Source of the DNA: Phoronis australis
Lineage: Eukaryota; Animalia; Phoronida
DNA length: 64,000 nucleotides
Reading direction: 5' to 3'
Assembly (NCBI GenBank): GCA_002633005.1
Contig: NMRA01000336.1
Location: 146,601 to 210,600, forward strand
Below, in pieces: positions 39,206-50,520 of the stretch (position 1 is its first letter; the number at the start of each line of letters is the position of its first letter). The position numbers and the translations under genes were made by a program. Under the pieces are notes generated by a model, which had not been told where the DNA came from, made no database searches, and was given only the letters and a program-made list of their open reading frames with translations.

Positions 39206-40244
39206 CTATAAGAACTATTTTTAAGGGTTTTACATCGAAGTTTGGTGATTTATTGGTGTTAAACGATGAATTCAAGCGATAAGGTGACACCACTAACCCG
39301 TGTTGTGAACTGCTGAACAGACTGCGTATGAAACCAATGACGTCATTGGATAATTTCAACACCTGCGTCTGCCGTCAGGTGTCAGGTAACGCAACCGAAC
39401 ATGCCGTTATCGAGTAGAACTGCTCGATCTAAATTGATACAAAATAGGTTGTTTTTTGGGCGGTATTCTCCTTTAACTCTGTAAACGTATAATTGAAAGT
39501 GGAAATTCTGTAGAATTTGTTGAACGTATACCAATCTGACATAAATAACTGTCATGGCCATGCTTTTTAAGTAAAATTTAATTACCAGTAAAAAGAAAAA
39601 TGTAAATTCATAACAAAACAACAGGATCCTTTACATGACCAAATTTCAAATAATATAAATGTTCAAGGTAAAGTCCTTTATACCATAATATTAGCCTCGA
39701 ATGGCAGATACAACCGTGTAATAATCCATAAAGTTATCTCACTAGTGAGATAACATTTTGGCGGGAAACCAAGGCTGCTCATCGAACGTAAAAATAGAAT
39801 ACTTAAATGAGCACGCACAACAATAGAATGTTCAGCAAAGGGCATTGCACCGACAATTATATACTATGAAAAATAAGACTCATAATTTCCATAAAAATGA
39901 TATTTTAATTCAGTGAAATTTTTCTCTCGTGTTCTCTCACTTGTAAGTCACCGATCTCCAATTTGAATGTCGGGGTCGTGTGGTCGAGATCCTTTGACTT
40001 GAGCATTATAGTCAGTTACTAGTGGTAACCTACTTTAGCAGACTATATCATATTCCCGGTCAAAGCTTAGCGTGATAAAACGTGTAGTAAGCTGTAACAG
40101 TTGCTAAACCTTAATTATAGATTCACTTTATTTCTATTTTGTTTTTTTTTTCAATTGGTTTTGAGTAAAAGCATTATTTTACAAAAATATCTCTGCTTTT
40201 CTTAAAAGGTCACGGCCTCTGACCCCAGGCCTCTGACTTAAAAA

Positions 40245-40530
40245 GTAGTTACAAAGCCGAGTCGAGTCGAGAAAGGTAGATCGATTCATTGCAATGTTTC
40301 TCGTTCAGTATGTGGTATAAATAGATTATTACATGTTCTCAGTCATTATACCCCTTATCTAGAGCTCTCGTGGATTTTGGAGAATTATCGCCCGAGGGGC
40401 GTTAGCCCCAAGGGTGATAATTCATTATTATCACCCTTGGGGCTAACGCCCCTCGGGCGATAATTCTCCAAAATCCACTCGGGCTCTAGATAACGGGAGA
40501 TAATGACTTCGCCATGTTATAATCTGTATA
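40245..40530. repeat. palindromic repeat element with a double-hairpin centre
   Basis: Perfect 52-bp arms 40370-40421 / 40427-40478, extending imperfectly to ~40323-40526; inverted relative at 49891-50119. Confidence 0.85.
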
Positions 40531-41215
40531 TCTTTTCATAGTTCCTCATGCAAAAGTGGAACATTTTAAAAACAATTCCTAGAGAACAGTGCATGAATCA
40601 TAATATCTGAAATAGATCTCATTCAGCTACTTATGGCCAAAATTGAACATTTTTCTAAGGTCTTACATAAGTTAAAACCACGTGGACCTTTTTCAGAAAT
40701 AGTATTTTACTATAATTTCAAAATGGCTGAATGTATGTTGTATAACACAGCCTGTGAAATGTTGTTATTATATGCAAGTATTTCGAAGTAATTCAACATG
40801 TTCTGAGGCTGTCTGGTTTACACATTTTACAGATCACAGCAAGGTATGCAGCCTCAGTCCCTGAATAGTCAAACCAACAGGAGCAGTCACAAGAGGAATA
40901 GACCCGGCACAATGTCTCACAAGAACAAAAAGGTGCACAAGAGCATGCACTGGTTGAGCGTGTGAGCGAGACATCCGTGGTCGAGGTTGAACCTGCAAGT
41001 AAGTTTTCACTTCTCAGTTCTCAGAAAACTCTAAATGGAAGTTTAAAACTAATAACAATCTTAAGTAAAATTTTCATAAGGTTTGAAAGAAACTGATAGG
41101 ATAAAATGCATTTCTCAATGTTTTTTTTATTAAATATGGGTTGCGAAGCGAATAAGAGAGATTATCAGAGGATCAAAAACCGGACGATCGCCGCACAAAT
41201 AAAAAAGTTCATGTT

Positions 41216-41258
41216 CAATTCAACGTTTCGTCTTTTCATTAGACATCGTCAGGATCAT
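41216..41258 (-). ncRNA. minimal hammerhead ribozyme-like motif
   Basis: Minus strand: CTGACGA-TGTCT-AATGAAA-AGAC-GAAA-CGTT; stem I is weak. Confidence 0.6.
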
Positions 41259-41356
41259 ATTTACAACAATTTAGGACAACAAGTGCCAACATACATCTCA
41301 GGTAACATCCATAGAGTGAAGTGAGAGATACATAGAATATGGTCAGTAGCTGGTCA

Positions 41357-41815
41357 TCACCATAGCTGCAGGGTCACAGAGCTCTGCATGTTATTCAGAG
41401 AATCAGTGGCATGCTGGTTCTGAATAGCCAATGACTCTTTAATGTACAGTAACTCCTTATTAGGTTCTCTGCTGATAATACTAACGGAGTTGGCTTGGTG
41501 ATTGTAGCTAATACAATGCCTATATATGTTACTTTTCTCTGAGGTGTGATGTTCTTTCAACCTGTCACAGATGCGTCTCTGTGTGAGTCCTATATAGAAT
41601 TCCTTACAGTTGTCACATTCAACCTTATACACAACATTGCTCTTGTTCAATAAAGGGATGGGTGACTTCAGTTTACATTACATAGCATACTGGAAAGTTT
41701 CCGAAGGTGTTTGAAAACAACTATCAGTTCAACGACTGGGTCTACGCAATGAATAAGGCGAGATAATTGACGTTTCAATTTTATACTGCTAGGCCCGGTG
41801 TAACCAAGGGAAAAG
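41357..41815 (-). pseudogene. Penelope RT linker + GIY-YIG endonuclease remnant
   Basis: FFSLGYTGPSSIKLKRQL.../KSNVVYKVECDNCKEFYIGLTQRRICDRLKEH...ESLAI...LN. Confidence 0.9.
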
Positions 41816-43098
41816 AAAACATGAACTTTTTTATTTGTGCGGCGATCGTCCGGTTTTTGATCTCATTGTGGCCAAAAACTGATTTAAGATTTAAGATTTA
41901 AGAGGAAGATCTAGTTTGAGTTCAGTGGATCCAAGTGCCTTGCTCTAGCAACAGTTACAAGTGAATGTGCGACCTCAGATTGTGTTTGGGGACCTCGGAA
42001 AATCTCAAGTTGACACAAAGTCGTCACTGCGAGTATTAAAGTCAAACAATAATTCCCCGACAATTGCTTCAAACTTTGTGCAATCTTGAAATGGCTAACA
42101 GTGTTCCTAGATTTGATACCTTTGATTCAGAATTGCTCCATTTATTTCTAGGAAAACTTTTAGTCATTTTCCCATTTCGCCAACAATGAGGTTGCGTATG
42201 CGAACAGTAGGTAGCCAAATCGAGCATTGAAGTTCATACCAATGCCTCAAATTGTTTAATATACTATAAATGATATGCTAAACAAAAGACTGCATAGGTG
42301 GACTTGGTCATTAAATTTTGGTAGTTAAGCATATGATGTTTTTTTTTACAGTGGACATACCCGGTATTTAAGATGATGGAGAGAAGAGAGGTGCACATGG
42401 TGGAAGTTAAAGGTGATACTTAATCTGGAATTTCTTTTTCGAAGAACCTGTTGATTAATAGGATTGGTCATGAGTTTGCGCAGGTAATTCATGCAATGGG
42501 CCCATTACCATGTAGTCTATGGACCTTCATCATTTTTCTTCTTTTTTAGTCATTGTATAGAGAATTGCAATGCCAACACAAAATTGAAAGTTGCTTATTA
42601 TTATTCCGACTAATCTCAAAAGTGTATGGTAGTGTCCTTACTTTGGAGAACATGGTCAATTGAATAATCCGATTTTTGTTCATCTACAAATGGAATTTAG
42701 GTTTTGGTTGCATTGAATGAATGTCGATTGCATTGCTGTCTAGAATTTAGACGTTCTCAGTTTCAATTACCAAATCATGATCAATACGTTTTTCTGACTA
42801 TTGCTTCAATAATCACCATGTTTCGCTGCCTGATTTCATGGATGTTATAAATTCTGTTACAGACTCAAAAAAGATATGACAGAAAACCCTCCAAAAAAAG
42901 AAACCAAAAATGCAGGAGCTTTGGATTTTCAAGGATGTTTTAAGTATGCGTATTTATTTACTAAAGATGGCGAAAAACAAGCAGAGGTACTGTGGGAGAC
43001 TGGGGAAGTGACATTCGAGCCATATGAAAACTTAAAAGATATTGAGCCTTGCTTCCCAAATTTGTCTTCATCAGTTGTTGGCTTTATCACGTTACCTT

Positions 43099-43720
43099 GT
43101 TATGTCCCACATACTTATATGTGGGAGCATATTGCCATCATGTCTATCCTGCATCGGCAGGTATATCTCTTGAACTGCAGTACCACATATTGGCAATTTT
43201 AGTTTTTTAGTTGCCTCTGTATTTTTGTAATTCTTTGATGGATTTTCTTGAAATTTGTCAGATAGGGTTCTACTAGGGAGGGGACGATACCTTTAAATTG
43301 TTGGACATCTTTAATGGTTCTGCACCACCTAGTTGTCAATTTTGAAATTGTTTATTTTTTAGGGTCTGTCTTTCTATCTGTAAAACTACTTGGAGGATCG
43401 TTGTTAAAGTTGGCATAATTATGTTTCTCTGATGAGATGCCCGCGACTGACGTTGATATTCGAAGGGGTTCCAGTACTTTGGCACCACGTCATGGCATTT
43501 TTGTTCTCCTGTACCGTTGTGTCTCCTTAACCATTTGTAGGATATTTTTGAATTTTGGCAGACATGCACCTACAGAGGTGACAATATTTTACCACCAGTT
43601 TCAGAAGCCTTGGACCACCTCTTAAGGCAGTTTTAGGTGTTCACGTTTGTCTTTGTACTTTAGAAATTGATCTATGGACTTCTATAAAATCTGGCAAATA
43701 GGCATTGATTTGTGGGAGGG
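43099..43720 (+). mobile_element. degenerate HINE copy
   Basis: TTATGTCCCACATACTTATATGTGGGAGCAT start and decayed monomers (TGCACCACCTAGTTGTCA at ~43321). Confidence 0.6.
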
Positions 43721-46700
43721 TTTTGCAATTGCGAAGTGCCCTTATTTTTGAAGATTTTTGTCTATAAAGTTTAAATTGAGTGGAGCAGAATTTAAAAGAT
43801 TTAGACATGGATAATGCCAGATTTGCTAAAATATTCTGTGAAAATTAGGTTTGTAATATTTCATTCAACTTCGCTGGTGTAATACAATTGGTTCCCGGTG
43901 TCAAGCGTAGGTGTCTAATCTCTGTTTTATGTTTATCCACCTTATTATTTCCTGCAGAGGAGATTTTTCAGGCATATGTTATGTGATTTATATAAAGACC
44001 CAAGTACATAGCTGGCTTAAAACCTTGAATGTAATAATTTGTTTGTACTATGAGACCATATCCTGTAATAGGGGACTTTTCAACTGATTAAAACAATGAT
44101 TCTTTTTTCTTTGAAATATTGTTTGCAGTCATATTTGTAATTGTTGCCTATTGTTTGTATGTAATCTTTGAATGTGTGTTTTATAAAAAGTTGTATTTGA
44201 TATGTACATAGATTGAAAGTGTTACCTTGGTCATAAATATTCTCAAACAACTTCGATGAACCTTTTCTTATCTCATATTTACTTGCTATATTATGTGTTG
44301 CACTGTCGTTTGTTGATAAACAATTTTGTTGTTGAAGTGGTTCATGACTGACAATAGTTTTAATTTGGACATAGGTTCGCTATCTAGCTAAAATGCAGTT
44401 GTTTAATGAAGGTCTGAATGTTTGTGATAGTTGGTGTACACTGATTTTCAAATTCATCAGATGTACATGAAAATAAATATTGAAAATGTTTTTTCTTCGT
44501 TCTCCTTATATTTTAATGTTTAAAGCCTCCTAATCAGTAACCAAGCCAATTAATACCTCATAATGAAGACATTTCACAATCACCGATCTTGTCTGCTCAC
44601 ATCTTGAAGTTAAATGCGCGATAAGTACAAAGAATACAGAAATATACGTCATTTGAAATGGGGACAATCGTGAGTCTCCAAACCCTAGTTCAAAAAGGAT
44701 AAAAGACCCCAAAGCCACAGAAAAAAATCATATGTGCAATTAGTCTCACCTTTGTGTATGTTAGAAAATTTTTACCTAAAAACTTCGTGTCGGAAAAGTC
44801 CAGATATGCATGTAGAATGGACAAAATCGCCAGACCATCCAACATTATAGTGCCTGGGTGGGATGGTACCACCCAAACATCTTGGTACGTATGTTTACGG
44901 GCTTCAAAAATAGCCCAGACATTAATGGAATGGTTTGACACAAAAGACCCATCCCCAGTCGAAGAGAAAACCCTAAACAGGTGACCCTAAAACCCCCGTC
45001 ACACCGGAGGTGCGGTGCTTGTACACTAGGAACCAATCGCAGTGGCACCTCCATGATCGCTGTGGCTCCGCCATTGATCGCCGTAGCACCGCGGAAAACT
45101 GTCAAAACTGCGGACCTTCTCCATAACGGAGTGTTTATGGTGAAAAAGCTTCCCTTATTGTCAAAACGAATGAAAAACATAACTCCAAAGCGCATAATTT
45201 GCACTACACGTCCTTTATTGAAATGGGAACCTTTCAATACTTTTATTACTCATGCATACGTGCACCCCTGGATTCATTGCCGCCTGCTTATGAATCGCCG
45301 CAATAAAAATGAATTATATTTTAAGAGGCGTGATATGACGCCTATTTGCGTGATATGGCACGTATTAGCATTACGTGACGCAGTGGTGCGTTATATGATG
45401 CATTTTTACGTCATGTCACGCAAATTTGCGTGACCTTACACAGTCTTTAAATTGCAAATTACCGAAACTAATAAATACAGAAATGTGTTAAGAAAGATAG
45501 TCTTTCGTAGCTAGCAATTTTTAGGGCATTTTCGTAATATTACTTTCCAGTTCGGGATCAAATGAGAAATTCCCTTTTTGAATAAGATCGACTCAATGTT
45601 CTCTTTACAAATGGATAAAACCGGCGTTAGTGGGAGGGAATCAAAATTAAACTGTGAACGTCCCGTGTTTCACTAGTGAAGTAAGGCCATAGAGTGAATT
45701 TAACAATCAGAGCGGAAAAAACTTCGTAAACTGGGAATAACTAGGCATACCGATTCGGTCCATCTGGGTAATGTATCCATTAGAATGTATGAAGAATACA
45801 AATCTGGCAAAAGCATGTGGTCGCTGCTACAATCAAATTAATGTTGGTGTCCGAAAGGCCTCAATACAAATGCATTCATTTTTAGTGAGTAAAACTGGCA
45901 AAAGTACGAGCCATCCAACATTAAATTGCAAACAACTTCGAACTTAACAGAACAGGACCCGTTGAATTTGAGGATCAGGGCGGCCAGGTTCGTGATCTGG
46001 AAATGGGGTATTCATACATGTGAGCCCCCCATGTGGAGAAGTGGGCAAAAAAGGTCCGCTCCTGAGAGACAAAAATTCCAAGAAAATGAGACAAAAGTCC
46101 AATACATAAGCGCAAACGCGCACTTCACAGTGGTGCTCCATTTTTTTCTTTTCTTTTTTAGTCCGCCCGCTCTTTTGTTAGTAAAAGGTCCGCGACGTCA
46201 AGAATTCGACCCCCCCCTATATTGAAGGCTGGGTGCGCGCGTGTCATAGTTAGATAACGTGGTGAAGAAAGGTGGAGCGCTCTCTTGTTTTCGTCCAAGG
46301 AGTGTATGTGTACTCAACAGTTGGTGGTGGAAAGGCCTACATACTTGTATATTCATCCTTAAAAAATGTGTATGAACAAAAAGGTCGGACGTGCGTTTGG
46401 ACTTGAATGGTAGGCCCCTAAATGACAAAGTGCGTTATTAGGTAACTTGCCAAATTTAATGAATTACAGCGATCCTCCAAGTTATTGTGAACGCCAGTAA
46501 AATGTGGAGACTTTAATAGCAAAAATTCAAGCTTAAAAACGGTTTATTTCACACTCGGTATGTGGGACGAAACTTCAAGACTGAAAACTTAGGACACCGA
46601 ACCATACCAACCAAACAAAAGCTTTGCATCGTTTTGAGCACAAAGTCTAAAATAACTTACCAAGACTTTAAAATCTCAATCTTTCCGGGTCCATTATGAA

Positions 46701-46759
46701 ACTTGATTGTAGGTTTCCATGAATTGTAGTGTTTTGCACGAACTTGTAAGTAAATAACG

Positions 46760-47456
46760 ACACATATCTATCCAACGTTTCAGTTTTATTACTCTAAGCC
46801 ATTCTCAAGGAAACAGTTCACATACTCAAAGAGGCGACACAGGTAGAGAACGGACTGTACAGGTACACGTCAAAATGCATCGTGAGGGGAAAGAGACCAG
46901 ATATCAAAACAGTTGAAGCTCAAATGAACCAATGTTTCTATTGAGGTAGCACTCAGCATTGTTCAACCGTATGAGCTTCCTTTATGAGGAGCCTGAGGGT
47001 GTCATTTTCCTTGTCTATGATCTGAACACCAGAGCAATCTATAGTGTGACCAGTTGTCAAGGAATGATTGAGAACAGAAATGTGTGTGTCTTTACAGTGT
47101 TCTTTGACTCTGTTGGTTGTTCCAATGTAAAACTGTTCACATTCATTACAGTTGTGTTGGTACACAACATGACTTCTCAATGGTGTTCTTAGTCTCGACA
47201 CTGACAAAAGTCTGTTAACCGGTTGGAAGATTGTTACGAGTTGCAAACATGGAGCAATTAATACATCAAGAAAACTAATGCAGTTGTCTGCGTCTGACTC
47301 CATGGTAAATTTAATACTATTACATGACGTGTTCATCCAGTCAAGAAATGGCTTAGCTTGACTGTGACGGCTAAAAGTCAGGAAAATGTCATAAACATGT
47401 AGTGTTTTCCCTTCCAAAATTCGTTTCCTTGGATAACAGTTGAGATAGACTTTCAA
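46760..47456 (-). mobile_element. degenerate Penelope-like retroelement (RT C-terminus + GIY-YIG)
   Basis: ...FLDWMNTSCNSIKFTMESDADNCISFLDVLI...VVYQHNCNECEQFYIGTT...RLLIKEA; hammerhead-like motif downstream. Confidence 0.85.
46769..46814 (-). ncRNA. variant minimal hammerhead-like motif
   Basis: Minus strand: TTTCC-TTGAGAA-TGGCTTAGAGTAATAAAACT-GAAA-CGTT-GGATA; non-canonical core. Confidence 0.4.
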
Positions 47457-47964
47457 TAACTAAGTCGCAAGCACATGTCAGTATTTACGTAAACAAGAAT
47501 TGTTTAACTATGCAGACTTGTTAACAACAAAACACTTTGCCACTTTCCAATGCCCAATTAAGAATTTACTGTTTCAGAACATGCGAATTAAAGGGGCTTG
47601 GTTATTCACTGATCCCCATGGGACATTAAAACAATTATCTTCTCTGCCACGACCAGAAACCTTTTTGTCACGGCCGTGCCCCCCCCCCGCAAGAAAAAGT
47701 TTGCAGGCGTCAGGGTTAAACCAATGCAACAGACATAGGCTTGGGCCCGGGGACAGTCGAGAAAAGAGAGACTACGAATACGGATAGAGAAAATTCAAGA
47801 AAACATTTGACAACTCAGTATCAGCTGCATGGTTTACCCTTTGAGGTCCCTTGCCAGGACATTGTTGTTAGGGTCTCTGTTTTTGCTGCATATTGTATAT
47901 GGTCGTCTAAACATACTTGAAAACTTGCGTTTTATCATTCTTACATGTTTTTCGAAAAATCGGG

Positions 47965-48620
47965 TAAATTCTGATTTACATGTTTATGTATATACGAAAA
48001 CCGAAAGTTTAATAGATGATTTTTGGTAATTATAAGCTAACATTTTAAGAAATGGTGATGTTGCAGTGAATTTAGTTGAAGCCTGAATATGGAAAAAAAA
48101 CTCAGATCTCTAAATAGTTAGGTGCACTTGGACGCTTCTTGCCTATCTAAAATAACTCTCAAAGACAATGATGAAATTTAGACATTTCCCAAAAATTTAC
48201 TCACAATTCAAATTACAATAAATGCATTGCTTTTTGACTTCGGTACAAGATTTGTCATTTAACATCATTAACAGGGGATCACAAAGGAATTAAGTTTTAA
48301 ATCAAGGTAAACGCATTGCTCATGGATTCGAATGTTGATTTCTTAATTACATGTTTATATTTTTACAAAAAAGAGCTGTATAAATGATTCTTTACAATTA
48401 GAAGCTAATCTTGTAAGAAATGACAGTGTTTCAAGGAACTTAGTTGCAAGCAGACAGTGGGAAAATTCGATCTATCGTCAGGTCCCCAATTATAAAAGTA
48501 CACTAAACGATTTGATTTGTCTATCTGAAAGAAGTCTCAAAGATAGTGATGTCGGACAGCTCTACAAAGTGTCCTAAAATTTTCTCGCAATTCAAATGAC
48601 AATAAATTGTTTATCAGGAA
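47965..48620. repeat. old tandem duplication (~370-bp period, about 1.7 copies)
   Basis: Collinear anchors TTACATGTTTAT, AAGCTAA, TAAGAAATG, TAGTTG, CTATCT, TCTCAAAGA, CAATTCAAAT and ACAATAAAT recur in order. Confidence 0.6.
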
Positions 48621-49529
48621 ATAGATTAGTGGGTTTAATTTCACAAACCGTGGATCGGTGAAATTTGAGCACCACAGTAAATAAAATTAGACTTATTGCA
48701 CTTCCTTTATGTTGTTAGTTTCCAAAACTACTGCGCCATGAATTTTCTTCAAAAGTTAACCATTTGGTAACAATTTGTGTGCATACTACACACACGGAGC
48801 GCGTCACGACTGACGCAACCACGATAAAAATAAGGTTTAACTATGCAGTGAGCCTGCGCAGAATCTCAGTGATCACGGCAGCTGAATTTTAACTACAGGC
48901 TTTAAACTGTGTACATTTTTGGGACACACTCTATCATTTCCCCTAGCCACAAGAAAGTGGACTACCGGCTGTGTTTCATAAAGAGAGCTCATTTTGAAGT
49001 TGTTTAAATAAGCTTTAAAAAAGAATTTGGTTAATTTTGTAAATAGCCTGCATTTTTGCCACAACACCAGATTTGTCATCTTTTGTAATCATTCCACAGT
49101 TTAATGATAATGCTATGTTTAAAAATAACTGGAAGCTACCTTTATGCAGTGAAACTGCAAAAAATGCGAAGTTCATCAGCCTGAACTTAAATGTCTTAAT
49201 GGTGCAATTACGTGCATTAATTTGACTTGGACACAGTCTTAGACCAACCGGAGCTAATTGCTTGTATTGGACAAGATGAGTGTGTACTTGAGCTATCAAC
49301 CTGAGTTTTTTAATCAAAATATTTCCTTCGAAGATTAGAGAAGCGTAAACCTCTGCTATCGACTCGAACTGTTTTACTCCGGCGGGGAGTCCCACCAGTT
49401 GTGACCTACTTTTCATTCGGCGGATTTTAGCTGACAACAGAATAAAAATATTGGTGTCTTCACTGATTTTGTTCGAAAGATCTTGAAATCTATGGCATCG
49501 TACAGATAATTCGACTTTAAGGTAAATAC

Positions 49530-49808
49530 CCAGCTTTACATGAACATATTACATCAGTGGCCTTGTCATTTGTCAGGTGAAGGTAAACCTCGTGTGGGGT
49601 TCTTCGGATTTTCGCTGGCTCCGAAAAACTTTTTCTCGAACACTTGTTTTTTCATCGTCACTTTTGCAAATTCCCACATCACGAAGGTAGGATTCTTTGC
49701 TGAAATGTATCGCCTGTTGTCTTTGTCGAAGCGTTTTCGGATAGTGCAAAAACACTCATCGATTCCACCAGGAACGTCGTTTAGCAACAGTATATTTGCC
49801 TGTGACAT
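49530..49808 (-). pseudogene. SWIM zinc-finger exon remnant of the SWIM/YqaJ accessory ORF type of ISL2EU-like transposons
   Basis: FSKESYLRDVGICKSDDEKTSVREKVFRSQRKSEEPH/EVYLHLTNDKATDVICSCKAG followed by a GT donor. Confidence 0.7.
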
Positions 49809-49890
49809 CTCGTTTGTTTGTCGGGTGTTAGGCCTACGTGACTTTTCGCGAGGGGGCGGCTAAGTCTGAGGGGCCCAAGCTCTAATAAAC

Positions 49891-50119
49891 ATAGATTATT
49901 TCATGGCGAAGTCGCTATCTCCAGTAATCTAGACCCCGAGTGGATTTTGGAGAATTATCGCCCCAGGGTTGGTCCCTCGGGCGATAATTCTCCAAATCAA
50001 GGAGATAAGGGGGATAACGATTGAGAACATGTTATAATTTATATACATCACATACTGAACGAGAAACGTTGCAATAAATCAATCTACCTTTGTCTACTCG
50101 CATGGGATTTTGTAACTAC
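49891..50119. repeat. second copy of the palindromic element (single central hairpin)
   Basis: Reverse-complement similarity to 40245-40530; centre GGAGAATTATCGCCCCAGGGTTGGTCCCTCGGGCGATAATTCTCC. Confidence 0.8.
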
Positions 50120-50159
50120 AAGCAAAGATTTAAGAAATCATTTCCTTGTTTATTATGGC

Positions 50160-50520
50160 AGATAGGTATACTTTTAAAGCTCTTGATCGGGTTTGCCAAA
50201 TCCACTTGATGTCGTAAAGTGTGCCACCTTCTTCCTCTCTACCTAAGTACAACCCTTCACACTTTTCGACATTTAACAGTACTTAAAGACAGCCAAAATG
50301 ATTTTAGAAATGTTATACAATTTATGCCTGAATTTTTATCTTGTAGAAAAACGGTAGTATCATCTGCATACTGGAGAATTTTTACTTCAGTTTTTTCTAC
50401 ATATGAAATTCCTTTGATCATAGCTATTTCGTATGTAACTTCAACAGCCAAGCAAAATAATGGACCTGACAAGGAATCCCCCACTCTCACGTCCCTTTTA
50501 ATCAGAAAGTAGTCTGTAAT
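50160..50520 (-). pseudogene. non-LTR retrotransposon RT fragment (L1/Tx1-like)
   Basis: GDSLSGPLFCLAVEV...IKGI...EVKILQYADDTTVFL. Confidence 0.85.

Larger units (their letters stand above)
34747..39472 (+). mobile_element. Kolobok element, copy B (both ends intact, internally deleted, with nested insertions)
   Basis: TTAA|AGGAGAATGCCACCC...GGGCGGTATTCTCCT|TTAA; THAP remnant at 34908-35130 (CIVPA...FFRLP...WLAVVKNE...VC/GRHFVDSDF) and KolX GYQFEPE remnant near 35220-35260 on minus. Confidence 0.85.
41171..41862 (-). mobile_element. 5'-truncated Penelope-like retroelement with inverted terminal segment
   Basis: GIY-YIG ORF remnant; a perfect 45-bp inverted repeat 41171-41215 / 41818-41862; hammerhead-like motif in the 3' region. 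Confidence 0.85.
27605..43050 (+). pseudogene. spliced pseudogene: HDX-like homeodomain(s) + HMG box + GTF2I-like repeat + chromo-like domain
   Basis: AG/GT-bounded exons at 27605-27730, ~28870-28955, 29198-29305, 29614-29768, 30003-30122, 30507-30586, 34493-34587, 34619-~34670, 40833-40998, 42352-42412 and 42863-~43050; several internal frameshifts and stops. Confidence 0.7.

Noticed and set aside
45944-47906. Candidate minus-strand exons (~45950-46006 and ~47837-47906)
   Set aside because: Splice-like signals only; no recognisable protein and no supported linkage.
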